The translations under genes and the position numbers were made by a program. The notes beneath the pieces are model-generated. The model did no database searches, was not told the origin of the DNA, and saw only the letters and a list, made by a program, of their open reading frames with translations. A DNA stretch of 63,968 nt, the filler included, from Aduncisulcus paluster (Eukaryota): NCBI GenBank assembly GCA_024181965.1. It is 10 parts of 10 records of this genome, joined end to end, with 100 filler letters (N's around TTAATTAATTAA, not from the genome) between each part and the next. Parts side by side here need not be neighbours in the genome. Positions count along the whole stretch, not along the records: positions 19,917 to 27,251 come from BQXS01009721.1; positions 27,352 to 41,347 come from BQXS01009723.1; 8 more parts are not named here. One strand, given 5' to 3'. Of the stretch, positions 19,917 to 32,881 are shown piece by piece; position 1 is the first letter of the stretch, and each line of letters starts with the position of its first letter.

Positions 19917-22900
19917 AGGATAAGGCATTGTTCGAGATGTGGGTATCAAAATCAGTTTGGGTGAAGTTAGTGCTTCGAAGTTCGAGACGGACAAGATTCG
20001 ATGGGAACAATGTGCCAGCAATATAATCAGAAGAAACGGTGAGATCACTGTTGAAATTAAGATATAACTCTCGAAGATTTGAAAGCAACGCAAATGTTGG
20101 AAAAGAAGATATCGAATTGGTTTGTAAGCTCAAAAACTCCAAATTAGTAAGAGTTTTCAAGAGAGTAACATTTGATGAAAGAGAGGATATTATATTATCA
20201 TCCAAAACCATTTCAGTAACTTTCTCAAGATGTTCGATTCCAGACAGATCCGATACATCCTGTGCAGAACACGACAGGATCGGGGATGGATCGCCAGCAG
20301 ATTCAGAGAAGATAGTCTCAAGGGTCTTCAACGAGGCAACACTGAAGAGCACAGACGTGGAATCGGAAGAGGAATCATACACAGTGAGAACATGGGGAGA
20401 GGACGAGGGAAACATGTCGGCAACACACGAATGGAGAGCAGGGTCGACCACAACATCAACACATTGCCCACTCACAAGATCACTGCCAACAGTAGACAGC
20501 ACAACCTGTCGACACTCTTGGCCATAAGCACACCCTCCAATACAGTTCGTGGCAGTGTCAACATCGTTCGTCTGTGTGCACGAGAACGTCGAAGCGTCAG
20601 AGTATTCGGCGAACGAATCGCTTGCACACACAGGATACCATGTGTCAGAACCAGGGAATGTTTCAAGACAAACCATATTCAAAGAAATGGCATCAACTAA
20701 ATTGAGGTAAGAACAAGCAGATGGTGTCTCATATGACGTTTCAATGTTGACTTCTGCAAGAGTAACACTCTCTTCAAGACTCACGAATTTTGCAACGATA
20801 TCCGCCGTCGAAGTGGTACCTTGAACAACTCGAGTATCAATCACAGAGAGAGATTGAAGCATCGAGAAACTGTACAACGGGGAAAGATCGGATACATTGT
20901 TCCCCGAGATATTTAACTCTTCCAGCTGAGTGCTCATCTCAAGGAGAAAACGCAGTGAGGTGATATTATTGTTGCTAACGTCAAGAGTTACAAGAGATTC
21001 CATTGAAGAGAGCCAGGATCCAATGTCATCTTCAGTGAGAGAATGGCCAGATTCTTGATCATCTAACTGTGTCACATCGGACAACCCCAATGATGTTAAA
21101 TTTATGAAAGATGTCAGTTGAGAGACATCTGTCAGGGAACAATCGCTGATAGCAAAAGAAGTGATGGTAGAGAATAAATCGCCAAAGGATGTTGATAAGA
21201 TATCCGATACACCAGTTCCACTCAAATCCAATGTATCGAAGGATTTGTTGGAGACAAGAAAAGTGGAAATAAATAATACATCGGTTTCATCAACCAAAGG
21301 ATTATAGCTCAAGTCCAATCCTGAAATGTTGATAGCAAACTCAAGACCTTTCAATCCAGCAGAAAGATCATTATTGCTCAGATCAAGAATACCGTTTAAG
21401 GCTTGCATTTCAAATGGAGCAACACCATCGCACACAGCATCGGGATCATCTCGAACGATTCGACATAATGCCGCTTCCAGATTCTCATCGTCAAACTTCA
21501 CGTATTCACATGCAGACCCAGTGTAATCCGTCTCACATTGGCATATGTGATCATCTTCCAGACAAACACCATGGGAAGCAGTGACGGAATGGTTAACACC
21601 ACACATTCCTGTGGATTCAACCTCACCGAATTGATCCTCATCGAAAGGATCGAAGGGACAAGGTTGATCACAGTNNNNNNNNNNNNNNNNNNNNCAGCAT
21701 CGGGATCATCTCGAACGATTCGACATAATGCCGCTTCCAGATTCTCATCGTCAAACTTCACGTATTCACATGCAGACCCAGTGTAATCCGTCTCACATTG
21801 GCATATGTGATCATCTTCCAGACAAACACCATGGGAAGCAGTGACGGAATGGTTAACACCACACATTCCTGTGGATTCAACCTCACCGAATTGATCCTCA
21901 TCGAAAGGATCGAAGGGACAAGGTTGATCACAGTCAACACCATACCACCATGTCCGACACTCACCACACTCTTGGAGGGGATCATAAATGGAAGAACTAT
22001 CATCAATCACACATTGTCGATTCAATTTGTCACAGGTGAAACATACACCAAGATAATCACGTATGCATGTTCCAGACACAGAACTTAGATAATGATCGAT
22101 CCGACACTCTTCCGTGAATGTGGATCCGAAAGAATTATGACATACAGCATGGTCGCCACTTGCCATCGATGAGGTTCCAGAACATGATGCATCACACGAT
22201 TGGTCAGATATGGAAATGGTCAAATTGCTCGCACTCCCTGTAGTATATTCAACAAATTCAGCCTTTAAAGCGGCCACATAATCCGATTCAGATGGATCAG
22301 CCAGAGAAGGGTAATACAACGGGAAACATATGGAATTATAACTCAGATCAAGAGATGTCAGAGAGGGAAGGGTTAGAAGAGGACTGACATCTGAGATCTT
22401 GTTATGGCTAAGATTGATATAATTGGCCTTAGAAACATACTCTAATCCACGAACACTCTCAATTCCAAGGTTACTCAGATCAAGAGGCTCTGTTGAAGTT
22501 CCTGTCAAACGTCTAAGATGTGAAACGTTGATGGTATCGCCAAGAGTGAAGGTAAAATTCTCATCATCGGCAGCAATATCCACAAGAAGTTCACCAACCT
22601 TAGTTCGTAAATTCTCATCGTGAAGGACATGACATTGCAATAGTTCACCTGTCTCAGAATCATATTCAGGAAGAGCAAGCCATGAACATGCTGCACCTGT
22701 GATATATCCTGTTGAAGTTTGAAGATCATATGTTCCAATCTCATTCTTAAGAAGTGAGGGCTTAGCGTACGCATACTCATCGGGAAGCTTACAATAATTT
22801 TGATATGCAAGATAACCAATATAATTATTATTTAATGCAGGCAAAACACCAGGATCCGTTGTATCATTACGACCAGCGATATAGGAATACATTGTAGCAT

Positions 22901-25448
22901 TATCTTTAACACAAATCCTGTCATATTGAATATAGAGTAAAATTAAAGCCGATGACATTGTAAATAGAGGAGATATATCATTATAAAGTGAGGAATAACC
23001 ATATAGGATTTGAAGCTTTTTCAGAGGATGTAAAGGAACAATGCCTAAAGGTGGAGAGTAATCAGGTTGAGTATCATTGATATACAAATTTACCAAAGTT
23101 CTACATTTGGCAATTGGAGTCATATTATCGATCTTAGTTCCTTCCAGATAGAGAGTCGTTAACTTCGTGAATGTATCCAGGAAAGACATATTGACAGAAA
23201 TCTTACCTTCAGCTATTGATCTGAAATTCAAGGTTTGAAGAATTGTTAGAGTTGATAATGTCGATAGATCTGACATTTCAGAATCAACACAAAGAGGATT
23301 GCTCGAAATATTCAAGCTGGTGAGTTTCACTAATCCGGACATATCAGGAAGATTGATAATCCCACATGCACCAATACCAAGGGTTCTGATGTTGACAAGG
23401 CTGGACAAATTGACCAGATTATCAGCACTAATATCAAGAGGATTACCATTCAAAGATAAGGTGGTGAGAGATGAAATCGTGTTTGCAAGGGGACTTATGT
23501 CCTCAATAAGATTATTATCGAGATACATCGTATTAATCATTTGGTTTTCACTGATTGAACTGATAGATTGGATGGAATTATTCTGAAAATTAATATACGT
23601 CAACGATGGATTTCCTGCTAAATATGAAATATCTGATATATTATTGTTTTGCATTTCAAGGTGTTGTAGGTTTGTCAAATTCATAAGGGGTTCAACAGAT
23701 GTAATACTATTGGAACTCATTCTAAGATCAACTATTGGATGCCCATCAACAACAGAAAACGGAGTGAGATCGGAAATAGCAGTACTATTTGAATAAAAAG
23801 CTCTAAGACTAACCAAACCTGCCAAAAAAGATCCATCTGAAACGGGCTCAACAACAGCTGTTTCATCAATAACCGTATAAATCTGAACATTACTGAAATA
23901 TAATGTAACAAGTTGAAAAAGTCTGCTAATAGGCTCAGGAGTTTCATAAATCTTCGCATATCTTAAATCCAAGTAAGTTAAAGAAGTACAATTTCCAAGG
24001 TTGGAGATATCAATATAAGACCCCGAGGAATTATATAAATAAAATGTGACAAGTTTTGGATCCTCAGGATCACAAATATCGGGGAAAAAATTCATATTAG
24101 AATAGTGTGCTTGAAGAGTAGTAAGTTCATAAAGACCAGATAATTCATTCCAATTTTTGATTGATCTCCAATAATAGATGTATAAAATTCTCAATGATTT
24201 CATGGAATTGAGAGGAATTACCGACTCAATGTCATAAAGATAATTTAAATCAAGAACCATCATATTTATGGCATTGACAAGAACACTTATATCTGTCACA
24301 TATCGGCAATGAGAACAAGCAAAATTCGTGAGAATATCCCAGTTGATGGTATCAGGAAGAGATGTGAAAGGGGTTGTGACTTCATCAATTATCGTATTGT
24401 AAATATACGAAAAATGTAAATGTGTCAACGCTTCACAATCCTGGAATGTCTCGAATCCACTGAGAGTATTCGAATTGGCTTGAAGATCAAGGTATTTCAG
24501 ATTAGGAAGAGAGGAACACAATTCATCCCCGATAGAAGAAATGGCACAACTAGAAGCATATATATAGGTCAATGAAGTCATAGTGAGGATGTTTCCCCAG
24601 CCGAGCTGACCAATCTTGGTATTGCTATTAACACGAATCTCAGTCAATTTGGTACAAGTCGTAGGCAAAGTTGTTGGATCAACAGCAGTGCTGTATAAGT
24701 ATAAAACTGCAAGATTCGTGCAATTGATCAGTGAGGCATCGACTAAAGAAGTATTTCGATCCAAATACAAATAGGTAATGCTATCAAAATATTGGATTCC
24801 TTCAAGATTCACAATACCTTTAGATCTACAAGAAAGAGAATTGGAGTATGATCGTAATTGCCCCTTTGTAAGGGAGCAATTTGACACCGACTTTCCAAAA
24901 TGTGAGCAAATACACACGTTCAGTGCAGCATCTGGGATCTCGACTATATCATCGTCATCATCACTCTTAACACGGACATAAGGTTCTGAATCAATGTGAG
25001 AACTGGATATATCATGGATGAATTCATCATCAACGGCATCATATGGAGAAAAAGGATCAAAAACACCATCGAGTGAGAGATTTGGATCATCCATAAACAA
25101 TGGATCGGTATCAGGGGGATAGAAAGCTTCAACATGATTATGGGGCATTTTAAACTCGAAATCTGCATCATCGAAAAAAGGTTGTGATTCGAGAGGATTC
25201 TCATGATATCCGTCACCAATTCCTTCATATGGATAATTATATTCGTTATAAACATTTGACGAAATGCTAGAAAAGGAGGGCTCGATGAAATCGTGACCAG
25301 ACGGAGCCAATGGAACACATCCCACTAAGCACGTTATGAAACAAACAACAACAAAGGTACGCCACATCCCCAGTATATGATGGATTTGCATGGAAGGATA
25401 TGTGGTCTTAAAGGGAAAAAGGGAAGAAAGTAATGGAAGAAAATGCAT
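19917..25448 (-). CDS. Secreted/surface leucine-rich-repeat (internalin-like) protein with Cys-rich/EGF-like modules, 3'-partial
   Basis: Signal peptide (MWRTFVVVCFITCLVGC), many LxxLxxLxLxxNxI repeats, IPDAAL/FDDENL caps, CQCETDYTGSAC; the two ORFs overlap through a duplicated segment at gap 21675-21694. Confidence 0.9.
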
Positions 25449-26385
25449 TTTTTGTTATGGAGCTTGAATCAGAAGTTTAAAAATAGTATAATACAGCAAA
25501 TATATTATTTAAATGGGTTATAAGCTTAGAATAGGAAATACAAAAATATTAGGAGCAGCTGATTGATACAAACAAGAGAAGATGATCATTGTTAAGCCGA
25601 TCACTTCCCATACAGTTTAATATATCATTAAAACATATTTGTATCCCCATATTGCATTGTGTTTTAGAAAATCTCTTGTGTAGATTCTTTGTAGAAACGG
25701 ATATACAGTATGTTCTTGGCAATTTGTCAGGAAAGCTGGATGCAATATAGTGATAAAAATCAATATCAAAGGAAATAATGATTGTTAAAGATGAAATACC
25801 CATGAGAATAGTCCAATAACATATACACAGGGCAGTAACTCAATGGAACCCAACGAGTGGGAGTAACCCTATTAAATTGGCCATATGAACCTTGCAATGA
25901 CCTTGAAAAGTGAAAGAATGTGTCATTAGCATTGGCAAGTTCATCACTTCTCCACCATATGATAGATAGAAGATAGTCTTCTCTCCACCCTATCTCAAGA
26001 ATATTCACCAATAACATTTGAAAAATTCTGTAAAAAAAAGATGAAAACTCCGGAATTTGTCCCCTTTATTTCTCCACTTGGATCATATATGGTGTGTTAT
26101 GTGTTTTTCGTTCTGACTTCTTTAAAGGCCGGCCGAAATATTTTTTCTTTCAATTTTTTCAATCTCTAGATCGATAAAAAGAATTTCCCTGTCTTTTGAG
26201 TCCATTTAAAGGATCAACCTTGAGGAACGAATTCATTTCTCAAAATTTTATTATTATAACCCCGTTTTTTCTTTGTCTCAGGAAAAAAATCATATTATTT
26301 TTCAAATCTGAGGTATTATTTCTCAAAAATTGTCTTAATTTTACATTATATTGTGTCATAAGTTTCGAATTAAGTCAGACCTCAA

Positions 26386-27135
26386 ATGTCAGCAATACAT
26401 CAATATACTCGGACTGGAAGCGATACAATTTCGCTTCAAACTCCTCATTGTATTGTAAGAGATATGATTAGGAAGAATAAGATGTTCTGTATAAATCCAA
26501 CAAAAGGAACTCGGGGAAGAAATGGTATGCCTGGTAAGCCCGGGGGAAATGGAAGAACTCCTATTTTACTTGGAAGAGATGGAACTGATGGTGGCCGTGG
26601 AGGCGATGGACAATGTGGTGGCCGTGGAGGCGATGCATCTGATCTTTGTGTCACTTTGTCTGGTGAATCTCTTGAGGCAATGGGTGTTGAATTGAATGTT
26701 CACATTGAACTTCCTGTCTCACACATTAATGTTCTTGAAACAGGGGACTCAATCATATGTTTTGATGTCTCAGGTGGAAGAGGAGGAGATGGTGGAAGAG
26801 GAGGAGACGGAGGGGATGGAGGAAATGGAGACGAAGGAGCAGAAGGAGCTGTAGGACGTGATGGTGGAAGAGGAGGAGACGGAGGAGATGGTGGAAGAGG
26901 AGGAGACGGAGGGGATGGAGGAAGAGGAGGAGACGCAGCCCTGTGTCGTTTTCGAGTTACTGATCCTAAATTTTTTATGCTCTGTGGTGTGGATTTACGT
27001 GGTGGTGTTGGTGGAGATGGAGCACCTGGAGGATCAGGAGGATATGGAGGAAGAGGTGGACCTGGAGGGAAGAGGAGGAGACGGAGGGGATGGAGGAAAT
27101 GGAGACGAAGGAGCAGAAGGAGCTGTAGGACGTGA
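26386..27135 (+). CDS. Gly-rich GGx-repeat protein (GGRGGDGG); 3' end frameshifted or misassembled
   Basis: GGx triplet blocks separated by short beta-like segments; 26794-26945 repeated out of frame at about 27068-27218. Confidence 0.65.
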   Translation: MSAIHQYTRTGSDTISLQTPHCIVRDMIRKNKMFCINPTKGTRGRNGMPGKPGGNGRTPILLGRDGTDGGRGGDGQCGGRGGDASDLCVTLSGESLEAMGVELNVHIELPVSHINVLETGDSIICFDVSGGRGGDGGRGGDGGDGGNGDEGAEGAVGRDGGRGGDGGDGGRGGDGGDGGRGGDAALCRFRVTDPKFFMLCGVDLRGGVGGDGAPGGSGGYGGRGGPGGKRRRRRGWRKWRRRSRRSCRT

Positions 27136-27351
27136 TGGTGGAAGAGGAGGAGACGGAGGAGATGGTGGAAGAGGAGGAGACGGAGGGGATGGAGGAAGAG
27201 GAGGAGACGCAGCCCTGTAAGAGGTGGACCTTCTGGAGAGAATATACCTGCNNNNNNNNNNNNNNNNNNNNNNNNNNNNNNNNNNNNNNNNNNNNTTAAT
27301 TAATTAANNNNNNNNNNNNNNNNNNNNNNNNNNNNNNNNNNNNNNNNNNNN

Positions 27352-28503
27352 GTGCTATAACAATCGGAAGAATCCTACGCGCAATACAATAGTCTATATA
27401 TTCATCAACTGTGTTGAATTGGGGGAAATCACGAAGCTGCCATCCAGCTATATGTAATTTATCCCGTATAACCTTCAATCCTTCTTTATATAAAGCATAT
27501 GAGGTTGGATATGAGAAAGAGAGGAAAAGAAACGTATGATCAAACGAGGAAGTGGAAATTTGTAAAGGGTATACCACCGATAATTAAAGGATATAGTAGT
27601 AGGATCACCTCGTATCTTCGGGATTGTAACATCATTAACCTCTTTGGAAATGACCTTAATTAAGGATATTATTCTCCTTTTTAGACGTTCGATTGATGGT
27701 AGCTCTATCCTTAAGCCAGCTTTCTTGAAGCCACGATATATTTCTGTATATAGTGATTCACTAATCTCGCGGGTAATCATTTTTTTTATGAACAGAATTG
27801 TCAATTCATCTTTTCCGGCGATTAGTTTACCATATACGTCAATATACTCAACTATAGGTGTGAATTCCATTGATTCGCTACGATCCAGCGATAAAGATGA
27901 GTGGCTTGACTGGAAAGGTTGAAACAATTCTGTAAGAAGGGAATCTGCATCCGCAGATACGCTCTCTGATAATATTTCATCCTCAGGATCATGAGGCTCA
28001 TGAACTATGAAGTCGCTCTCAGATGATGGGACATCTGCACCATACCCAAAGTCATCTTCTAAAGGGGGTAAACTCCCACAGTCTTCTGAAACTTCGTCAA
28101 TAGTGGGAATAATATGTGCTGTTGGAGTACAATATTGTAGAAACACAATTCTCACATCTTCATGTGTAATATCATCATTTCCAACCTGAGGTTGAAGTTG
28201 AACGAGTATATAAGCATGTCGTGGCTCATGAAATGTAAGAAGGAAAAATGTAAATAGTCGATATATATGATCACAATAATAAAACATCTCATTTGGCTCA
28301 GTACAAGAGCATTTCATGTCACAATGTTTCCAGAATCTTCTGTGTCTTCTTTTTTGTCTATGACCAAGTTGATTATGACACGTTTTACAGAGCATGCTCA
28401 CTTTTTTGATTTTCAAACTATCAATGTCGTAAATATCTATAATTGAAAACAAATTTGAAGGTATTAGTATTCCTTGATCAAAAATAAATACTTTTGGTGC
28501 CAT
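27352..28503 (-). mobile_element. Possible CACTA/EnSpm-like transposase N-terminal part, frameshifted near 27480 and cut by contig end
   Basis: ISESLYTEIY...LPSIERLKRRIISL and YKFPLPRLIIRFFS resemble CACTA Tnp2 motifs (LPxS..KK, YFPxxPRLxRxF); no catalytic residues visible. Confidence 0.4.
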
Positions 28504-29135
28504 TAATCGAGTTTGGTTTTGTAGATTAGCAGCAAAAGTCGGATGAAAGTATAAAAAAAGAATTTACTATTATATATCATATTCACGATATATTTCAGGA
28601 TGTTCAGAAGGTAAAATAGTTCTTTTAACAAATTCTTTCCACGTGTCAAGGTCCTTAAAGTGCTCAACGCCATAAAAATATATTCCCCTAATTAACAATG
28701 CTTTTTTAAAATTGAAAATGTCATATTTAAGTCTTTGTGTCTTCTTTTTTGTCTATGACCAAGTTGATTATGACACGTTTTACAGAGCATGCTCACTTTT
28801 TTGATTTTCAAACTATCAATGTCGTAAATATCTATAATTGAAAACAAATTTGAAGGTATTAGTATTCCTTGATCAAAAATAAATACTTTTGGTGCCATTA
28901 ATCGAGTTTGGTTTTGTAGATTAGCAGCAAAAGTCGGATGAAAGTATAAAAAAAGAATTTACTATTATATATCATATTCACGATATATTTCAGGATGTTC
29001 AGAAGGTAAAATAGTTCTTTTAACAAATTCTTTCCACGTGTCAAGGTCCTTAAAGTGCTCAACGCCATAAAAATATATTCCCCTAATTAACAATGCTTTT
29101 TTAAAATTGAAAATGTCATATTTAAGTCTTTGTGT
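28341..29135. repeat. 395-bp head-to-tail tandem duplication
   Basis: 28341-28735 equals 28736-29130; MAPKVFIF starts at 28503 and 28898. Confidence 0.93.
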
Positions 29136-29561
29136 TTCTTTTCTCTTCAAATTGCCATATCTTTCTTTTACCTTGTCCTTAATAAAGTCGTCATAAAATC
29201 TCAGAATTTCTTTTTCATCACATCTTTCAAACACGGTCTTTAAAACTGAATTTCTAGTCAATTCATCTATAATAATTTGTTTTTTTTCTTCAAATAATAA
29301 AATTCGTGGCTGTGTGACCTTCGAAGCATCAAATTCTTTTTTTAATAAAACAAGCAAAAATCTAAAAGAAATAATACTTACCATTCGTTCCACTTCAATC
29401 AAAACATCCTCAGCTAACATTAAAATCGATCTTAAATCTCGTAAAAGCAGTCTAGAAGGGTCTCTTGTTAATATGGGCAAGCCGTCTGAAAATCTTCTCT
29501 TCATGTCTTTTAAATCCTCTCTCATCTCTTGTATCATACTTCTTTCGGTCTCTTCTGGCAT
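28965..29561 (-). CDS. Hypothetical basic protein, co-oriented and closely linked to the putative transposase
   Basis: 198-aa ATG ORF ending 66 bp before the next ATG. Confidence 0.6.
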   Translation of the reverse strand: MPEETERSMIQEMREDLKDMKRRFSDGLPILTRDPSRLLLRDLRSILMLAEDVLIEVERMVSIISFRFLLVLLKKEFDASKVTQPRILLFEEKKQIIIDELTRNSVLKTVFERCDEKEILRFYDDFIKDKVKERYGNLKRKETQRLKYDIFNFKKALLIRGIYFYGVEHFKDLDTWKEFVKRTILPSEHPEIYREYDI

Positions 29562-30711
29562 CGTTGTTCACCAAATAATGTTTTTTTATCGCCAGAAAAA
29601 ATGTGCATTGATGACCTTTTCAAAAGCTAAATTAATCATAAAATATGTTTTTATGAAATAAAAATTCATTGTTATTATCCTCAATCATTGGTATAATAGA
29701 CTTTTCTATATCAGCTAATATAAAGTATTGAGTGCAGGAAAAGTATTATTATTATTTAAAATTCTTAGAATAAATTTCATTTTTTTATTTTATATTTCAC
29801 TTTTATGTATTTTACATGATATACCTATGCGCACAATTTAAACAGTCTTTTTTGTCAACATCATGACTATTAAAGCGGTCTCCCTTGGGTCTGATCAACC
29901 CAGGGGAGGCGTAAGACTTAATATTTTTTATTTATTTTCGTTCCCGCTCCTCCCCCCGATGACCCCCCCTGAATCTGTCTAACAATGTTTAAAAAGGGGG
30001 GGTCCCCAACGATTTTTTATTTTTTTTTGTTTTTTATTAATTAAGATTAAATTTTTATAGGAAAAATAGTAAGGATTTATTATATAACACAATTCTTGCG
30101 TTAAACACATATTTTTAGATGTATAACATATATGTCATCACTACAATATGGAGCGGATTACATATCAGTAAATCTTATGTTTTCCATAATGTTGAACTTA
30201 TGTTTTACTGAAAAAAGAGTTCGTTGTGTATCTTATTCAAGAGCATTTTGAGTAGACATGTCTACTCATTAACATAAAACAACCCAATGAATTCGGTATG
30301 AACGGGCGCATTGTCATTGGTAGTATTGACATTACGAATGGAACAAGAGTCGTGTGGTGGACAAGAACAGGAAGGCACAGGAAATGCAGACCCAGTGGTC
30401 CAATCTGTAAATGGGATCGGAAAATTCCCCCTCTTGACGCGTTGCGCATCCACATCAATGGATACTGACAGCGTGTCTTCCTCTTCCGCATCATCTATTC
30501 CACCGTTCAATTGGTCAGGAGCACACCCCGTGGGAGAAATGGGGACAGCAGAAATAGCAGGGACAATGGGGGAGGATATACCCGAATCGATAGAACCTAT
30601 CCCATATTGGGAAGAATCCAATAGAGAAGATCGGGGGGGGAAAGACGGAGGATATAAAGGACCAAAGGACGGAAGAGAATGAAATGGTTGAAACATGTGC
30701 TCCATGTCTTC

Positions 30712-30798
30712 TGTCATGATTCTCATATGATTCTATTTATAGATCATCAATCCATCTGTATAAACAATAAATTTGGCTTAGTTTATTATTGAGCAACA
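30712..30798 (+). repeat. 5' LTR, 87 bp
   Basis: TGTCATG...GCAACA, identical to 35907-35993; contains TATAAA and AATAAA. Confidence 0.96.
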
Positions 30799-30811
30799 AT
30801 TATATAATTGA

Positions 30812-32881
30812 ATGCCTGATAAAACAGTCAAAAAATTGAAGGAAGAAGAGGAAAAAACCACTATTAAGGCTCCGTTTCTGAAAGAACTTTCAACCGAGGC
30901 ATGGAGCGAATTTATGAGGAACTTTGATCACTATGCATCAATTGGGGGACACCGTAAATGGCCGGAGATTGTTGATCCAGTTGTCCTTAGCCTCATAAAA
31001 GACTTGGCGAAGGTCCCTGACTTCGAAGCGAAATCCCATCATAAGAAGGCGAGAGCGGCGGTAAACGCGATTTTTGCTTCGACTTCAGACATCTCACTAT
31101 ATGACGAACTGGGATTGATTAAGATGAAAAAAGAGCTATCGGTCGACGCTTTATTGGACTACATTAAGCGTTTTAAAGACGTAAGAGGGAGAGCAAAAGG
31201 CTTGGGTACGACGGAGGAGATCGTACAAAGATTTATTGACAATTTAAGTTGTGAGAGACTTAAATGCCGAATCTTGGCGGCGTTGGACACTAAAAAAGCC
31301 GATTTAGCCGAAGTGGTCAGAACGTCAGTCGTTCAAATCAAGATTGTGATCGAAAATGAACTCGAACACAAAGCATTAGAAAGAGAAAAACTTTCATTCA
31401 GTGATGCTGGTAAGGAATGCCACTTCTGTCATGAAATAGGACATATCATGAGAGATTGTCCAAACGGTGGAAAAAGAAGAGTTGGTAGTCGTCCTCTACG
31501 TGGTAGACATGACCGAGGAAGGGGTAGAAGAACCCCATTTATTAAGAACCGGGATACGAGGTACAAGAGGTTTTTCCCGGGCGTGGTCTGTAAGAAGTGT
31601 GGAGAACTGGGTCATTATCCAAGCTCATGCCTTGGAACAAAGTCTAGTGATACCAGTAAAGGAGACCGTAAGTATTTTATCAAGAGTTTTATTCAAAACG
31701 AAAATTCTAGTTTTGCTAGGTATGGCTCTTTATCGTCCGGAAGCAGATCGTTAGACGTTTCGTTTTTGCTAGATAGTGGGGCATCAACCTCTGTTATCTC
31801 CCTGAGATTGGCGTTGGAACTCGGATTTAACAATACGGAAACATCAGACAGAACTGCAGAACTTGGGGACGGATCGCTAGTAACCACACTTGGAAGCATG
31901 GAATTAAAGTGCATGATTCCTGGGTATGACAGAATATCAATAGAATTTGAAGAGCTATTCTGCGTTTTAGAAATGAAGAATCCCTCTTTTGAAGTCCTAC
32001 TTGGCGAGGATTGCATCTTAAATAATAGTCTTTTGGATTGGCAACAGCCTGAAAAAAAGGTTCCGGAAGAAGGCCTGGAAGATGAGCTCGACGACTCTCT
32101 GGTGGGGCTACCCATGTTAGAAGAGGCGACAATGGAGCTTAAAATGGAGGGAACCAAAGAATTTAAAGACGCCCTATTTGATATAATTAAGACTTATGAA
32201 AGTAGGGTGAACAGATTGGAACCAGCTTGTGTCGAGGAGTATACATTGAGATTGAAAGACGGAACAAAGCCCATCGCACAGAAGAGACGTTCCATACCAC
32301 AAGGTTTATTTCTGGAAGTGAAGGACCAGATAACAGAATTGAAAGAAAAGGGTTTCATAAGAGACTCAAAAAGTGAGTTCGCCTCACCTTTGGTATTAGT
32401 TGATAAGAAGGATGGGGGCACACGAGTATGTGTAGACTACAGACTCATTAACAGGTACATAGTGGATGATATGTTTCCCATTCCGAGAATGGACGAGATG
32501 TTTGCAGCTCTGGGAGGTATGAAAGTATTCACTACACTTGATTTAAAAAGTGGGTATTATCAGGTCGCTGTCGAGGAAAGTGTGAGGAAAGTACTAGCTT
32601 TCAATACACCTTTTGGGTTGTTTGAATGGAATAGAATGCCATTCGGCGTAAAGACTGCACCTGGTCACTTTCAGCGGTCAATGAATAAGATATTTCTAGA
32701 TTTGATCGGTCGCTGCTGCTTTATTTATCTAGATGATGTACTTGTGTTCGGTAAGACAGAAAACGAAATGCTAGAGAACCTTAAAATAGTATTGGACAGG
32801 TTGGGAAAATACAACCTCGCATTGAATTACAAGAAATGTAATTTTGGATCAGGTGAAATATCTGGGGTTTCTAGTGGATGA
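30812..32881 (+). CDS. Gag-Pol part 1: gag, two CCHC knuckles, aspartic protease, reverse transcriptase
   Basis: CHFCHEIGHIMRDC, CKKCGELGHYPSSC, LLDSGAS, LDLKSGYYQ, MPFG, YLDD. Confidence 0.97.
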   Translation: MPDKTVKKLKEEEEKTTIKAPFLKELSTEAWSEFMRNFDHYASIGGHRKWPEIVDPVVLSLIKDLAKVPDFEAKSHHKKARAAVNAIFASTSDISLYDELGLIKMKKELSVDALLDYIKRFKDVRGRAKGLGTTEEIVQRFIDNLSCERLKCRILAALDTKKADLAEVVRTSVVQIKIVIENELEHKALEREKLSFSDAGKECHFCHEIGHIMRDCPNGGKRRVGSRPLRGRHDRGRGRRTPFIKNRDTRYKRFFPGVVCKKCGELGHYPSSCLGTKSSDTSKGDRKYFIKSFIQNENSSFARYGSLSSGSRSLDVSFLLDSGASTSVISLRLALELGFNNTETSDRTAELGDGSLVTTLGSMELKCMIPGYDRISIEFEELFCVLEMKNPSFEVLLGEDCILNNSLLDWQQPEKKVPEEGLEDELDDSLVGLPMLEEATMELKMEGTKEFKDALFDIIKTYESRVNRLEPACVEEYTLRLKDGTKPIAQKRRSIPQGLFLEVKDQITELKEKGFIRDSKSEFASPLVLVDKKDGGTRVCVDYRLINRYIVDDMFPIPRMDEMFAALGGMKVFTTLDLKSGYYQVAVEESVRKVLAFNTPFGLFEWNRMPFGVKTAPGHFQRSMNKIFLDLIGRCCFIYLDDVLVFGKTENEMLENLKIVLDRLGKYNLALNYKKCNFGSGEISGVSSG

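Noticed and set aside
27068-27220. Programmed frameshift in the Gly-rich gene
   Set aside because: Exact repeat near a contig end; misassembly is more likely
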